This document shows positions 41,221 to 52,836 of a stretch of 64,000 bases of DNA, in pieces. The notes beneath the pieces are model-generated. The model did no database searches. It worked only from the letters and a program-made list of their open reading frames with translations, and was not told where the DNA came from. Made by a program: the position numbers and the translations under genes. The stretch covers positions 1,178,001 through 1,242,000 of the forward strand of contig JAUFOQ010000013.1 in the NCBI GenBank assembly GCA_040285855.1. Reading direction: 5' to 3'. The DNA comes from Eukaryota sp. GEM-RC1 (lineage: Eukaryota). The first letter of the stretch is position 1. Each line of letters opens with the position of its first letter.

Positions 41221-42388
41221 TATGAGAAAAATGACATTTCCGTTCCTTTGTTAGCTTCCGAATATAGTCATTAGCGGACTTGACAGTCATCCAAAAGTGT
41301 ATTGTTTGACCATAGTCTTCCACTTCTTAGGGATGTAGTCGACGTAGCTCAGTATTATTTTCTCCAACGGATCAATTAGAAACTCGTTCTGCATCTTGAC
41401 ATGATCGATTGGTGGAAATACTATTATGATGTCCCCCTGTTCAGTGAATACACACTGTTGCAAATGTTCTTCAACCTTTTGGGTAATCGGTACCTGCAAA
41501 TCCTGACTCACCTTCCACTGTTTCAGAATTCTTTAAGAAATTTGCCATTGATGGAATTTGACAAAGGGTTAAAAAGGGATTTTGGAAGAGTGTGCCAGTA
41601 GCTTTCTCTCGATTCGAAGTATATACATGTAGTTGAATTCTGAACAGTTGACATCTACACCAATGTTACTGATTACCAAGACCTGTCCAATGCAAGAAGA
41701 GCCAATTTATGGGTAGAAAGTATCAGAAAAAGGTTGACGATGTCAGACACACCTAGCTAAACACTCCAAGATTGAAATCGTACACTACAACAGTGTGCAG
41801 AAAACGATTGGTTCAGAGCATTGTACCATTAATTTTTCATCAACCAAAAATCTAAATGATATCGAAAAAGTACTTTCGAAAACCACTTTGCTAAGGTGTA
41901 GTGATAACCACAGGTGCACAATTGGGCAGTTCAAAAAACAGTGCATTTTAATAGTCAATTTATCGTGGCTCGATAAACCCGATACAATGTATTAAGGTAA
42001 ATTTCGTCTGGTTTTAAGTTAAGACTTTTAACCTTAAAGTATTACTTACATGGGAAATACAGCTTCATGCATCTATATTAATACGAATACAACGAATTCA
42101 AGTATACCTCTTCTGACACATGAGTGTTGTTTTTCTTTGGAAGTTGATCAGATGAGTTATTTTACTAGAACACTTTAGAATTTTCAAGTGATTTATAAAA
42201 GAAATACAGTATCCAACAAGATCAAACAAATATAGTTTTTATTTCAAACAAGCAATATTCTTCCAACCAGTATATTTCCAGCACATTGTACACACAGAAT
42301 TCATAAATCCAACTGAACAACATTGTTTTACTTTTGATAAAAAAAGAGGAGGTAAAACACAAAAAATTCCGTCATATAACGGTTACAT

Positions 42389-43948
42389 CTACTTCTTCCT
42401 ATCATCCTTAAGTCTCATTGCAACAGTGAACTCCTCTAATCCTTTGATACAATCAGCCACAATCTGAGGACAAGTAGCCTTATGAGTAACACAAAGCCCT
42501 TTATGAGCAGTTCTAAAAGCATTCAGAATGTCCTTATCTCCATACTCCCCGTCGACCAGTGACATCACCTTGGCTCTTGCAAACTTAAGCACTCCAATCA
42601 AGGGAAATCTCTTAGGATAGACCAACCTAGCACTATCCAACAGTTTAGTAAACACCTTGGCTGCCTGACTCCAAGTACAAAGATTAACACAGCAGTCAGC
42701 GTAGTCAGAAAGTACCAACCTCAGTTCAAAGTGGTAGGATCCAACGACACTATCAGTATCTACTAGAGTTAGAGCTTCTTCAAACAAGACCTGGGCTTCC
42801 CCCCACTTGAACTGGGAGACACAATGTCTGCCTTTAGTTCTAAGATAGTTGAACCTATCAAAACCTGGGTGAACTAATGGTTTAGCACATGGACAATAGA
42901 ATCCGGAACGACAAAGAATTCCATATCCCTCACACGTGGCACACATTACTTGTTGCATGAGGGCTTCAACTACAACCCAAGACCTATCCACAAACTTACC
43001 CGCGTTCTTCTCAACTTCATCTTGGTATTCAATCACAGCATCGTATAGCACTTCCGGTGAAACTTCCACCTCAGAACAACGATCACATCTACAAATAAAA
43101 TTGAAATGTTTTCTAATGTTTTCCCTGCGTAATGATAGAGGTTCTATTAAGGGAACGTAATTGACTGTTACTTCTTCGCCTTCCAGAATGTCTTTAATGG
43201 CAATCAGGGCAATCTGAGTTCCTTTGAACATGAAACAAGCGTTAGGAGTGCATGAATGATTAGCATAGGAAGCTGCAGGGAACATTCCAGCTCCAAGAGG
43301 GACTAGTTCCTCGTTAGTGATTGTAAAAGCATTACATCCTATTCTTTTTAAAATTTTACGGATTTTGGAGGACGATACGTGCTCTGGTAGGGCATGGCCA
43401 ACAGAGGAAGTGATGTGGTCTATTTTCGAAGGTGATGAAGATCCCAGAAGATCAGCAGAACACAATGAGAGAACGTCTTCAAATGAACCTTCGTTAGTGA
43501 GACCCAAAGGTGGTACATCTTTGCGTAGGAGTATGCGTAAAGCGAGGACAGCGGCAGAGTCTCTGGTTCGATTAAGAAGTTTAGATAGTGAACCAGTGTT
43601 GCATTCGAGTTTATGTAGTTGATAGTCTAGTTTTTGACATGTTGTAGAGCAATAATAAGCAGATTTACAACGGGAACATCGCATAAGTAGTGTATTGCTA
43701 CGAGATCTTGTGAAGCAATACTCACACACTATACCATGAAATTCTGGGCAAACTGCTTTAGCATAGCAGTGAGATGATATAAGTACATCTCCGGGATTAC
43801 AGGGTTCTGTGGCAATGAAATGACGTCCCCTGTCCTCATTAGTCTCAAGTTTTAAAGTACCAGTATGGATTCCCATTGGTTTGGATTTTAAGACGGGGTG
43901 GGTTGGCCGAGATGAACTTGGCCTTTCAATTTGACACCTAGACCTCAA
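42389..43948 (-). CDS. SET and MYND domain lysine methyltransferase (SMYD family)
   Basis: RGRHFIA split-SET start, MYND finger CEYC...CSRCKSAYYCSTTCQKLDYQLHKLEC, ANHSCTPN, GEEVTVNY, post-SET CRCDRC and a helical C-terminus. Start codon uncertain. Confidence 0.93.
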   Translation of the reverse strand: MRSRCQIERPSSSRPTHPVLKSKPMGIHTGTLKLETNEDRGRHFIATEPCNPGDVLISSHCYAKAVCPEFHGIVCEYCFTRSRSNTLLMRCSRCKSAYYCSTTCQKLDYQLHKLECNTGSLSKLLNRTRDSAAVLALRILLRKDVPPLGLTNEGSFEDVLSLCSADLLGSSSPSKIDHITSSVGHALPEHVSSSKIRKILKRIGCNAFTITNEELVPLGAGMFPAASYANHSCTPNACFMFKGTQIALIAIKDILEGEEVTVNYVPLIEPLSLRRENIRKHFNFICRCDRCSEVEVSPEVLYDAVIEYQDEVEKNAGKFVDRSWVVVEALMQQVMCATCEGYGILCRSGFYCPCAKPLVHPGFDRFNYLRTKGRHCVSQFKWGEAQVLFEEALTLVDTDSVVGSYHFELRLVLSDYADCCVNLCTWSQAAKVFTKLLDSARLVYPKRFPLIGVLKFARAKVMSLVDGEYGDKDILNAFRTAHKGLCVTHKATCPQIVADCIKGLEEFTVAMRLKDDRKK

Positions 43949-44001
43949 ACAGTCATTTCCCAGTCATTTTTGTGTACTTAAACTGAACTACAACTCCAAT
44001 C

Positions 44002-45155
44002 ATGCCCAGAATATCTCTTATCAATGATAATCAATCACTGCTTCTTGACAAACCTACAAAGCCCACATCAAAAAACAGACTTTTGGCTCTTGATGTTTTC
44101 CGAGGAATCACCCTCTTTATGATGTGTAATGTAAATAACCAAATAGGTCCCCAGGTTTTCCCTCAGCTAGAACACGCCGATTGGAATGGACTCACACTAA
44201 CGGATCTCGTCTTTCCTTTCTTCATCTTTGCAATGGGAATGGCATTCAGACTTGTATGTGAGAAACAATCTTCTATGCCCATGACCAAAGTCCTCAAGCG
44301 TTCTTCCCTGCTCTTCTTCTGGGGGCTTGTGCCCATCTTCTACTCTCGTGTTCTCTCCCACTCAGACGACATCTTCTCTCAAATGAGAATCATGGGAGTA
44401 CTCCAACGTATTGCCCTCACCTACTTCCTCATCTCCTCTCTTTATGTTCTTCTTCCAAAGTCATGGTTTCTCCAGTCCCTTCTGGTGATTACTCTGTCTG
44501 TTATATATCTCATGTTCATGTTACTAGCTCCAGTTCCAGGATGTGGTTCTGGAGTATTAACCCCTGAGTGTAACTTTAGTGGTTATTTAGACCGATTGAT
44601 TCTAGGTAGGGATCATATCTATCGACAAGGTCATTTTGATCCGGAAGGTTTATTTGGTACGCTTTCATCTCTGTCTACTGCTTTTCTTGGGGTTATTTTG
44701 GCAGATCGGTATCTTAAATCATCTAAAAAGCTTGTTTGTTTTTCAGTTTTTTCATTTATTTGTTTAATTTCTGGGTATATTCTTCATTTATTTGTAATTC
44801 CCGTCAACAAGTCTCTTTGGACAACCTCCTATTCTCTTGTTTCAGCTGGATTTGCTGGTTTTTTCTTTCTATTTTTGTTTATTGTTATTGATATGTGGAA
44901 AGTTCAGTCTGTCTTTGCCCCGTTTAAGGCAATGGGTTCTAACAGTTTAATTATCTTTGTTGGTAGTGGAATCTTAGTCATTTCATTACTAAATTTGTAT
45001 TGGGCTCATGGGAATTGGTATGCTTTACCATATTACTATTTTTCAAAAATTCTGTGTCCAAAGTTAGCCTCCCTGTGCTCAGCACTTCTTCACTCATTCT
45101 TTTGGATGATTGTTACCGCTGCAATGTACAAAAGAAGATCTTTTTAAAAGTATAG
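44002..45155 (+). CDS. Heparan-alpha-glucosaminide N-acetyltransferase-like (HGSNAT family) multi-pass membrane acyltransferase, short form
   Basis: RLLALDVFRG, EHADWNGLTLTDLVFPFF, RIMGVLQRIA, FDPEG and PVNKSLWTTSY motifs. One extra A near the end gives KKKIFLKV* (stop 45153-45155). Confidence 0.9.
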
Positions 45156-45454
45156 AGTGAACTTTATTTGAGACGTTTTTAATTTCTTGTAATTTCTGGT
45201 TATCCTATGTATATTCTCAAGTGTTGTTATTGCTTGGAATAAAACCTCTGTTGTTCTTAATTTCTTACCAGTTCTTTTCCGGATCGCTTCTCCACAGGGT
45301 AATTATTAAGTTCGTCTTCTTCAACTGATGGTGATTTCATTGATTCCTTAAGACTGACATTATTTTCCAAACACTGGTGCAGCAATCTATTCATCGATTG
45401 TTGTCGAGTAAAACGGAAAATTGTAGTTTACCACATAAATAAATAAATTTATTA

Positions 45455-45577
45455 ACTACTACTGTGAATTTCATTCCAAATGCATAAGGGCATAACCCTT
45501 CACATTTTCATGAGATAAACCACAGTTGACAAAGTCCTCATTCGCAAAGTCTTTTAAAACGAGCTAACTTCATAGAT
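45455..45577 (-). ncRNA. Putative Fanzor omegaRNA: scaffold down to 45475, then flank-derived guide
   Basis: Directly downstream of the Fanzor stop. Stem AUGAGG..UCUCAU (45541-45510), then AAAUGUG-AAGGGU-UAU-GCCCUU-A-UGCAUUU (45507-45478), then GGA and the direct repeat. The 5' end is unknown. Confidence 0.6.
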
Positions 45578-48500
45578 TCAAGATTCCTGATCTTTCTGGT
45601 TTACGTGTGAGTCCTTGGGTACATCTTTCTTAGGCTTATTTGGACAAGTTGTTTTGTTATGTCCAGGTTGAGAACATATACGACACTTGTTAGGACCTCT
45701 GACTTTTGTTAGAGGACGTTTTGCCTTACCCTTACCCTTACTCACAGTCTTTTTCTTAGGAATCTGATCTGTATTCCCGCCATCCACGACAGGTGTTGTT
45801 TGAGATTTTGGTCTCTCGAGGATGGCAGGTCTACCTTGACCTTGAATGGTTCCATTTACAATATTGTAAATATTGATAGCAGAGTTGAAGTCTCTATTCC
45901 AGAGGACATGACATTTAGCACATTCAACTAAGCCCCATGGTGAGACTTTGTTGTTCTTCAATCTTTCTTTCGAAAATGGCAACTGGTCTGTCCATTCTTT
46001 TTCAAAGTTACGCTCCACAATATTGTCTAATTGATTGTGTTCCATAATTTCCTTTTTTAATTCTTTCTCTTCCTTCTGTAACTTCTTCTTCCAATGAGGA
46101 TCTGTGACTTTTATCCTTTCAGGATTGGAACAGATACCTTCGTCGTTTCTGGAAACACATGCAGAGCAACATTTGCTGGTCTTAAATTCATCAACTAGGA
46201 ACACTTTAAATCCAAATTTTCTTAATAATTTCCGAATTGAAGCACCTTTTACAGTAGATGCTTTACCTCTTCTTCGACGAAAAGCAGTGTCGTTCCAGTC
46301 TCCATACCCAACAACGACTTCATCTGGGTTTCCAAACTGGAGAGCAAATCTGTGAAGCATGTTTTTCTCACTTCGTTCCTTTCTTGAATACTGTGTGAGA
46401 CGATTCCTCCTAAACCACTTTTCTTCGTAAATTCCTTCAGTAGTTCTTTGATCAGTAGTGGGTGATCGTAATAAAGAACAGGTAATTTCTTTACCAAGAA
46501 CAAAATCAGAATACTGAGTCAAATCACAAGATCTACTGCCTGGCGAGTTAGAGCCCCATTGATCTAAAATTTGTTGCCCATTTATGTCAATGCGTCTGCC
46601 ATCTGGAATGTGAATAAATTGAGTAGAATATTGTTGTAACCGTTCGGATTCAGATAAACGGTGGAGATTGTATCGTCTTATTTTCTTCTCCAGCTTCCTC
46701 TTCTTTCTCTTAGCTCTTTTTCTTTCCTTCCTTGTTTTTTTCTTTTCCATGGAGACTTTTTAATATCGGCATTGCGTTCCCCAGCAGTGTATCTGAATAC
46801 TTTCCAATTGTCTCGATTTTTCAACTTGACAGTTGATGGTTTGTCAATAGTAGGTGCGTCTTTCCAATCCTTCAATTCCTTTTTTAATTTTTTCAAGCTT
46901 CCTTTTTTCTTTGACGATTTTGGACAAATCTTTCTTCTTCTGAGATTGGCTGATGTATCGAAACCTTCGATTTTCTTTTCCTCCTTAGATTTTAAAGAAG
47001 CACAATACATCAAATCATGCTGATTAGGATCAATAGCAACAATTCTTTTTGATTTCAAATTTAAGTTTTGAATTTCTGTGGAACTCAAAGAATCAATGTA
47101 CCTTTCAGTAGCTGTGTAGTCAACAGCTTTCACCTTCTTATGAGGATTTCCTCTCCCATCAAGCAGATCTTTCCGCATCATCATTAAATTACAGCTAACT
47201 CCATCTGTAGAAATAGAACTGTATTTGAAGTCATGAGACAATGACTTTGGAAGACACTTTGGTTTCAAAACTGAGTGCCAAATATCTTTTCGAACGTCAT
47301 CAAAGCTACCTTTAATTTCTGATGCATAAACTTTTTTAAACCATGTAGTATCCAATCTGATATGATTAGGAATCAATGATTTTGTCAGAGGAAAAGGATT
47401 ATTGGCAGTAACACCAGTACAAGAGTCTTCAACAAGACGTTTCAAATACACTGCATGACTTAAGAATTTCAAAGGATCTACTTTTTCAGCATTATAGATT
47501 GTTTTCTCCATTTTACCTTCAAAAAAAGTAAACAAATAATTAAAAAATAGTAAACTCAGTCTAGAATTGGGATCAGGAAACATTTCAACATCTTGAAAAT
47601 TAATTTTTGAAATTTCCCCATTAATGATCAACTGTCTGACTTCATTAAGCTTTGTACACAACTCTTGTCGTTGATTCTTATCAGTAAGCTTGTTAAGTCT
47701 ATCTTTTTCAGGGTAACCAAATTAAATACTTGAAAAACATATTCGTGAAAGTGTTCACTCATGTTATTCTTGTAATTTGTAATAATTTCTGTAGCCATGT
47801 AATGCAATATAGGAGATAAACGATGGCTACTGGGAAACACAATCCTATCAAGTCCAACGGAATCAGCAGCTAGTTCTAAACGAGGAATGTAATGAAACAA
47901 TAAGTGTTGAGCAAACTGATTTTGAGTTGAGCCATCATTTGTGTTAGAAATTATGTTTGTTAACGATTCTTGTACAGTCTCAATATGATTCTGATTGTTT
48001 ACAAGTCTTTCGTCCCTAATCGTCATCATAGACAACACTTGTTCCATTGATTGCAACGTAAAAAATTCTTCCAGTCTGGCAATTCAATTTTGGCAGTTTG
48101 AATTTTAGTCCAAAGGTCAGGTTCAGGTTTAGGTTCATCACTCGCATCTTCAATATTTTCTAATTTAATAGGAGGAGTAGCAGCATGGATAGACTCTGAA
48201 TGTACATCTGTTTCTTCTTCAGTTGACTCATCTGTATCAGAATTCATTTCTTCCTTAACAGTTACATTTGGAACAGTAGCAGGCAGTAACTTCTGAATGT
48301 AACCTAAAATACCAGAATGTTGAAAATTATGAACAAAAAAATGTTTTAAAAAGAGAGTACTACGGACTCGTACTTGATGAGCTCTCTTAACACGAGATTC
48401 AATAAATTTAACCTTCACTTTGGATACAACATTGTCTAGTCGTTTCTTAACCACTTTCATTGGTGACTTTGAACGTAATGTTTGTTTTTTGCGATCCAAT

Positions 48501-51019
48501 AGGTCAGCCAACAAGTACTCAATCAGAGGCAATTGTTGAATTGAGTTGATCAACAATAGCGGTTTTGTCGATTCCTTGGCCCAAAGTTCATTTACTTTCT
48601 CCAAATTTCTTACAAATTTCTTTTTAATCTTATCGACCTTCACTTTGGGATTGTCTGGAACTAAAACATTAATACTGTCAATTATGCCATGCAAGTTTTG
48701 GACATTATTGACCAATTGAACTTCATCAGGATCAGAGTCATGATTAAGATCTTCCAAGCGTTTGACAGTTTCATTTTTAGAAAAATTATTCATTTCAAGA
48801 AAAATTTGAACAACATTTTCCAAAAAACGGCCACCAGTAAAGACATAAAAATTCTTCAGTACAGCATTCAAATCGAGACTAAAAAACGGACCAAAAGTTG
48901 TTTCCTTACACCATTTGTTTAACCAAAAGGGAATATAGGGTTTAAATTCTGGAAAAGTAAACGTTGTATTGATTTTGAGGACTTGACAACGTGATACAAG
49001 AAAGGGAAATGTATCTAAGTGAAAGTCATAACTCACAAACAATCGTGGACAATGTTGAGTAATGAAGGAAATGAAGTTTTTAAGCATACTGGATTCACTA
49101 TCTGAAATATGTAAAGTACACAAATCCAAGTTTGAAGTATCAAAATTGCCATGAGAAAATAAATGCCTTTCATTTAGCTCATTGTGATCAATGATCTGGA
49201 TGGAAATTGATACAATAGGATCAACAGAAGAATCACGTTTAACTTCTAATTGATCTTCAGCTTCACCTTCAACAGTTTCAATGTCATCATCATCTTCTTG
49301 AACAAGTTGAACATTTCTGCCATTAATTCTTTCTTTTTTGGCAAAATCACTTTGAACATGAATTAAACAAAAAGTTGGTAGATTGTTCCAAAGTAGAGGG
49401 GATTTAAGAAAGTCTTGAATTTGTATTTCTTCTTCTATAGGCTCAGTGTGTAGATTTACTTCCATTTTATGAATTTCTTCTTGAATTGGCGATGGATACG
49501 ACATAATGGAGGCCTGTGATTTTGGTGGTAGTTCAGATGGTGGTAGTTCAGATGGTGATGGAGGCAATTCAGATGGTGGTACTTCAGATGATTCCAATGT
49601 GGACATACGGCGGTGAGTCTTTCGTATTGGAGTGTCACCAGTTGAAACAAGGGAGCTGGTAGTTCTAAATTTATTTCGTTTAATTAAAGGTGAACCTCGT
49701 GGTGATGGAACATCTGAAATTTTGGCTTTCCTTTTTTTAGTGCTTAAACCAGTAGATGTTTTAGTGCTAGCAAGACGTGAACCTGTGAGAGGAATTGAAG
49801 TGGTTGGATGTTCTTTACCGGCAGGAGGTTGAATGGGTAACGATGGTACAATAGGAGCTACTGTGGTTTGACGTTGTTGTAGATAAAGTGTCCTTTGTTG
49901 AGACAATACATCCAGAATTTTTTCACGAAATATGTCTGCTTGAAGTTCATTGTTCACTTGGACCAAATAAGTTTCCAAATACATCAGAGACGGAACATAC
50001 GTGAGTCTTTTAAAAAGTTCAACATATTTTTGAATATACGCAATGACATAAACTCCACAGTCGTTAGCAGACTGTGTTTTAGTCACAGGCACATAACGGA
50101 AAACATACCCCCATGGCACAAGTACTTCGGATAATATGTCTAAAGCTGATTTTACCATAGACTTACTCATATCTTCGCTAGTTAACATTGGATCAATGAA
50201 GATCCAAGAATTTTCACAACAGTCTATAATGGCTAAACCCCAATGAGAACCAGTGACACCTTCTCTGGAATAATTAGCATTTCTAGTCATGGTATCACTA
50301 AGGGGAACAAAGAGGTATTTGGAGTTTATGATTTGATTTTTCTCAATTTTCGTCAACAACCATTGATCTAGCGGGGCATCTGGTGAAACAATATATTGAA
50401 GCAATGTGGTCGGATGGATAAACATGCTTTCAAAGTCTAACTCTGCTTCTTGAAATATCACTTTACAGTACTCCACTATCGCTTCGTCATCAACCCATTG
50501 ATGAGGATAAACTGAGTTTATGGCTTCTTGAGTTACGGGTCCTGGATTGGATTCAATATCACCATCAGCGGTGAGGTCTTTTGGGAACGGAGGATGGGAA
50601 GGGATAACACATGGATAGAAGTAGAGTACATACAACAGCAGAGATGGAAGTGTTTTCACAACATAGAAAAAGCTATCCATATATCGACTCAACGGAGATA
50701 GAATCCAAGCAGGGGATTCCGCCTCATATTGGGTCAAATACAAACAACAAGGTGGCAGCATGACATCAACGGGAGAGGAGAAAAAGCTATCCATATATCG
50801 ACTCAACGGAGATAGAATCCAAGCAGGGGATTCCGCCTCATATTGGGTCAAATACAAACAACAAGGTGGCAGCATGACATCAACGGGAGAGGAGAAAAAG
50901 CTATCCATATATCGACTCAACGGAGATAGAATCCAAGCAGGGGATTCCGCCTCATATTGGGTCAAAAGAGGAGCCTTGTACGGAACAGAGTGTCTGTTAG
51001 AATGTAAAACAACCAACAT
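45578..51019 (-). CDS. Polyprotein: leader + 2A peptide + Ulp1/C48 protease + PolB 3'-5' exonuclease-like domain + Fanzor1 (TnpB-like RuvC nuclease) + CCHC zinc knuckle, ~1700-1810 aa; three 1-bp frameshifts
   Basis: ORFs 48026-51019, 47628-48056, 46678-47661 and 45578-46750 join by one added base each. Fanzor1 motifs YMATEIITNYKNNMSEHF, PFPLTKSLIPNHIRLDT, ISTDGVS, RuvC-I VAIDPN, GYGDW, VDEFKTSKCCSAC, CAKC..WNRDFNSAINI. Start may be the ATG at 50680. Confidence 0.88.
50537..50578 (-). other. 2A-like ribosomal skipping (StopGo) peptide DLTADGDIESNPG|P
   Basis: Exact match to the D(V/I)ExNPGP consensus, immediately before the protease domain. Confidence 0.85.
50665..50966. repeat. 114-bp tandem repeat, ~2.6 identical copies, at the 5' end of the Fanzor polyprotein ORF
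   Basis: AGAAAAAGCTATCCATATATCG... starts at 50665, 50779 and 50893. The 38-codon unit preserves frame. Confidence 0.95.
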
Positions 51020-51055
51020 TTGTGGAGAGAGGAAAATGAAATGTTTCAGTCATCC

Positions 51056-51073
51056 CTGTAGTCTAGACTACAG
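51056..51073. promoter_or_regulatory. Perfect 18-bp palindrome in the divergent intergenic region
   Basis: CTGTAGTCT|AGACTACAG is its own reverse complement. Function is not shown by the sequence. Confidence 0.45.
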
Positions 51074-51314
51074 TACAATTCTACTATCACTTGTAGTCAG
51101 TAGAGTGTCAAAACATCAAAACAACTCTTATGTTATACCATCATCCGTTACCATTAGTGATTACTTAAGACGTCTTTAAGACTGTCAATCGTATAACCAA
51201 ACTCATTGACTTAGTTCTCTTCTGAATTCATTTGCTATAAAGCCATGTATAGTCGTAGACGAGAAGAAAATGAATTAATTCCAATAAGTAATGAAGTAAT
51301 GAATGTAAATTCAC

Positions 51315-52836
51315 ATGTCTGGAACGAAATCTGTAATAAAGTCTATACCAGAATTTCCCATGTCCTACTCAATCTTCAAACTCAGAAATACTTCTGAACA
51401 AGAAAGTCGTTCCCGTACCATCAAAACATATATGAAACTTGTTGTAAAGCTTGCTGATAAACATGCAGTTAATTTGTCACTTGTTCTTCTTCCTTATGGA
51501 ACATACAATTCATGGAGAACTAAATCCATCCACATAACGGAAGTGTCAACATCTGACTTACCAGATGATCTTAAAAGGGTACCATGGATTTTTGCCTCAG
51601 CTACAAATCAGCCGTTGCCATTGTGCTAGATGTTGATCTAGAAACTGTTCATCTCTTTCCTTTTGATGGTTCTTATGAGAAGCGTGACATATCTCTTCCA
51701 CTTCCTTCAACAACTTCAACTCTAAATCATCTTAAGGATCTACTCAAAGACGTTAAAGGAGATACAATTGCTCTTTCCCCTCCTCCTCCTCAGCCTCAAT
51801 CTCCTGCTCTTTTACATGATTGTGACATTACTCGCATTGACGATATTCCATCTCAAGTCGTTTTTCCTTCACCAAAACGTCGTATTGATAACTTCGCAAT
51901 TAATCATATTCATTCTATTTTCTCTGAACCATCTGAAATAGTTCCTGTTCCAGTCAGTGATAATGCTAATTTATCTAAACCTATGAAACGCAAAAAACAA
52001 CGTAACCCGTTGATTCTTTCTGTAGATTTAATCAGTGATCGGTTTTACATAAATTCAAAATTAAAATTTGAATTTAGTGATATTGAGAAAATGTTGACAA
52101 AGGATGATAGGGAAGGTAAAACACAACTCTTGTTGAGTTCTGAACTTGATTTCATTGTGATGCTTGCATTCCAAAAATTTAAATCAAGTAGGTACAAGTT
52201 CCTGCAATCTCAAGAAACTCAACAGTTGGTTGGTGATCCAATATGCTACGCCTTACATTCTGGTAAGGCTATTGTCGATACACTAAAATCAGGAAAAGAA
52301 TTCTTGCCCCATTATGTTTGGTGAAAGAACATGTTCCTGGTGATGCAGGATCTGGTCATTGGATTCTTATTGAATTGTTTCTAAATGAAGCAAATGTTTT
52401 ATTATTCAATATTTATGATTCTTTGGATTATTCATTAACCACTGAATTAATCGTTAATCCTTTTAGAACTGTTTATGGATGTGGGGAAACAAATCTGTTT
52501 GCAAGATTACCAGAGTATAAGGTGGACTACTATATACCTTTTGCACAGTCAACATCGTCTCTTATCTGTGGATGGATTGTCTGTTTGAATGTTACTTTAA
52601 TTTTACAAGGATTAATGGTTGATGCACGTCAGGAACAAAATCAGACAAAATTAAACACTAACAGATCAAGAAAAAATCTATGTCTTGTTATGTATGATCT
52701 ACTTCAGAGTGTACAACCTGACTTGGTGACAGAACAAAATGTAATTGATTGTTCAAGAACAAAATTTGAAAACAAATCGTTAAAGACAAAAGACGAAAAT
52801 GAAGTTTTAGGGAAAAAACAGGAAAACGAAGAATGA
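51315..52836 (+). CDS. Second Ulp1/C48-like cysteine protease (~505 aa, catalytic domain C-terminal); two 1-bp frameshifts
   Basis: ORFs 51315-51629, 51584-52324 and 52318-52836 join by one added T each. Motifs GHWILI, IYDSL and AQSTSSLICG give the His-Asp-Gln-Cys order of clan CE proteases. Confidence 0.72.

Noticed and set aside
41287..41995. Short ORFs upstream of the giant gene
   Set aside because: Interrupted and without recognisable motifs; possibly decayed sequence.
50665..50966. CRISPR-like repeat-spacer array next to an RNA-guided nuclease
   Set aside because: The intervening segments are identical, so it is a plain 114-bp tandem repeat with no unique spacers.
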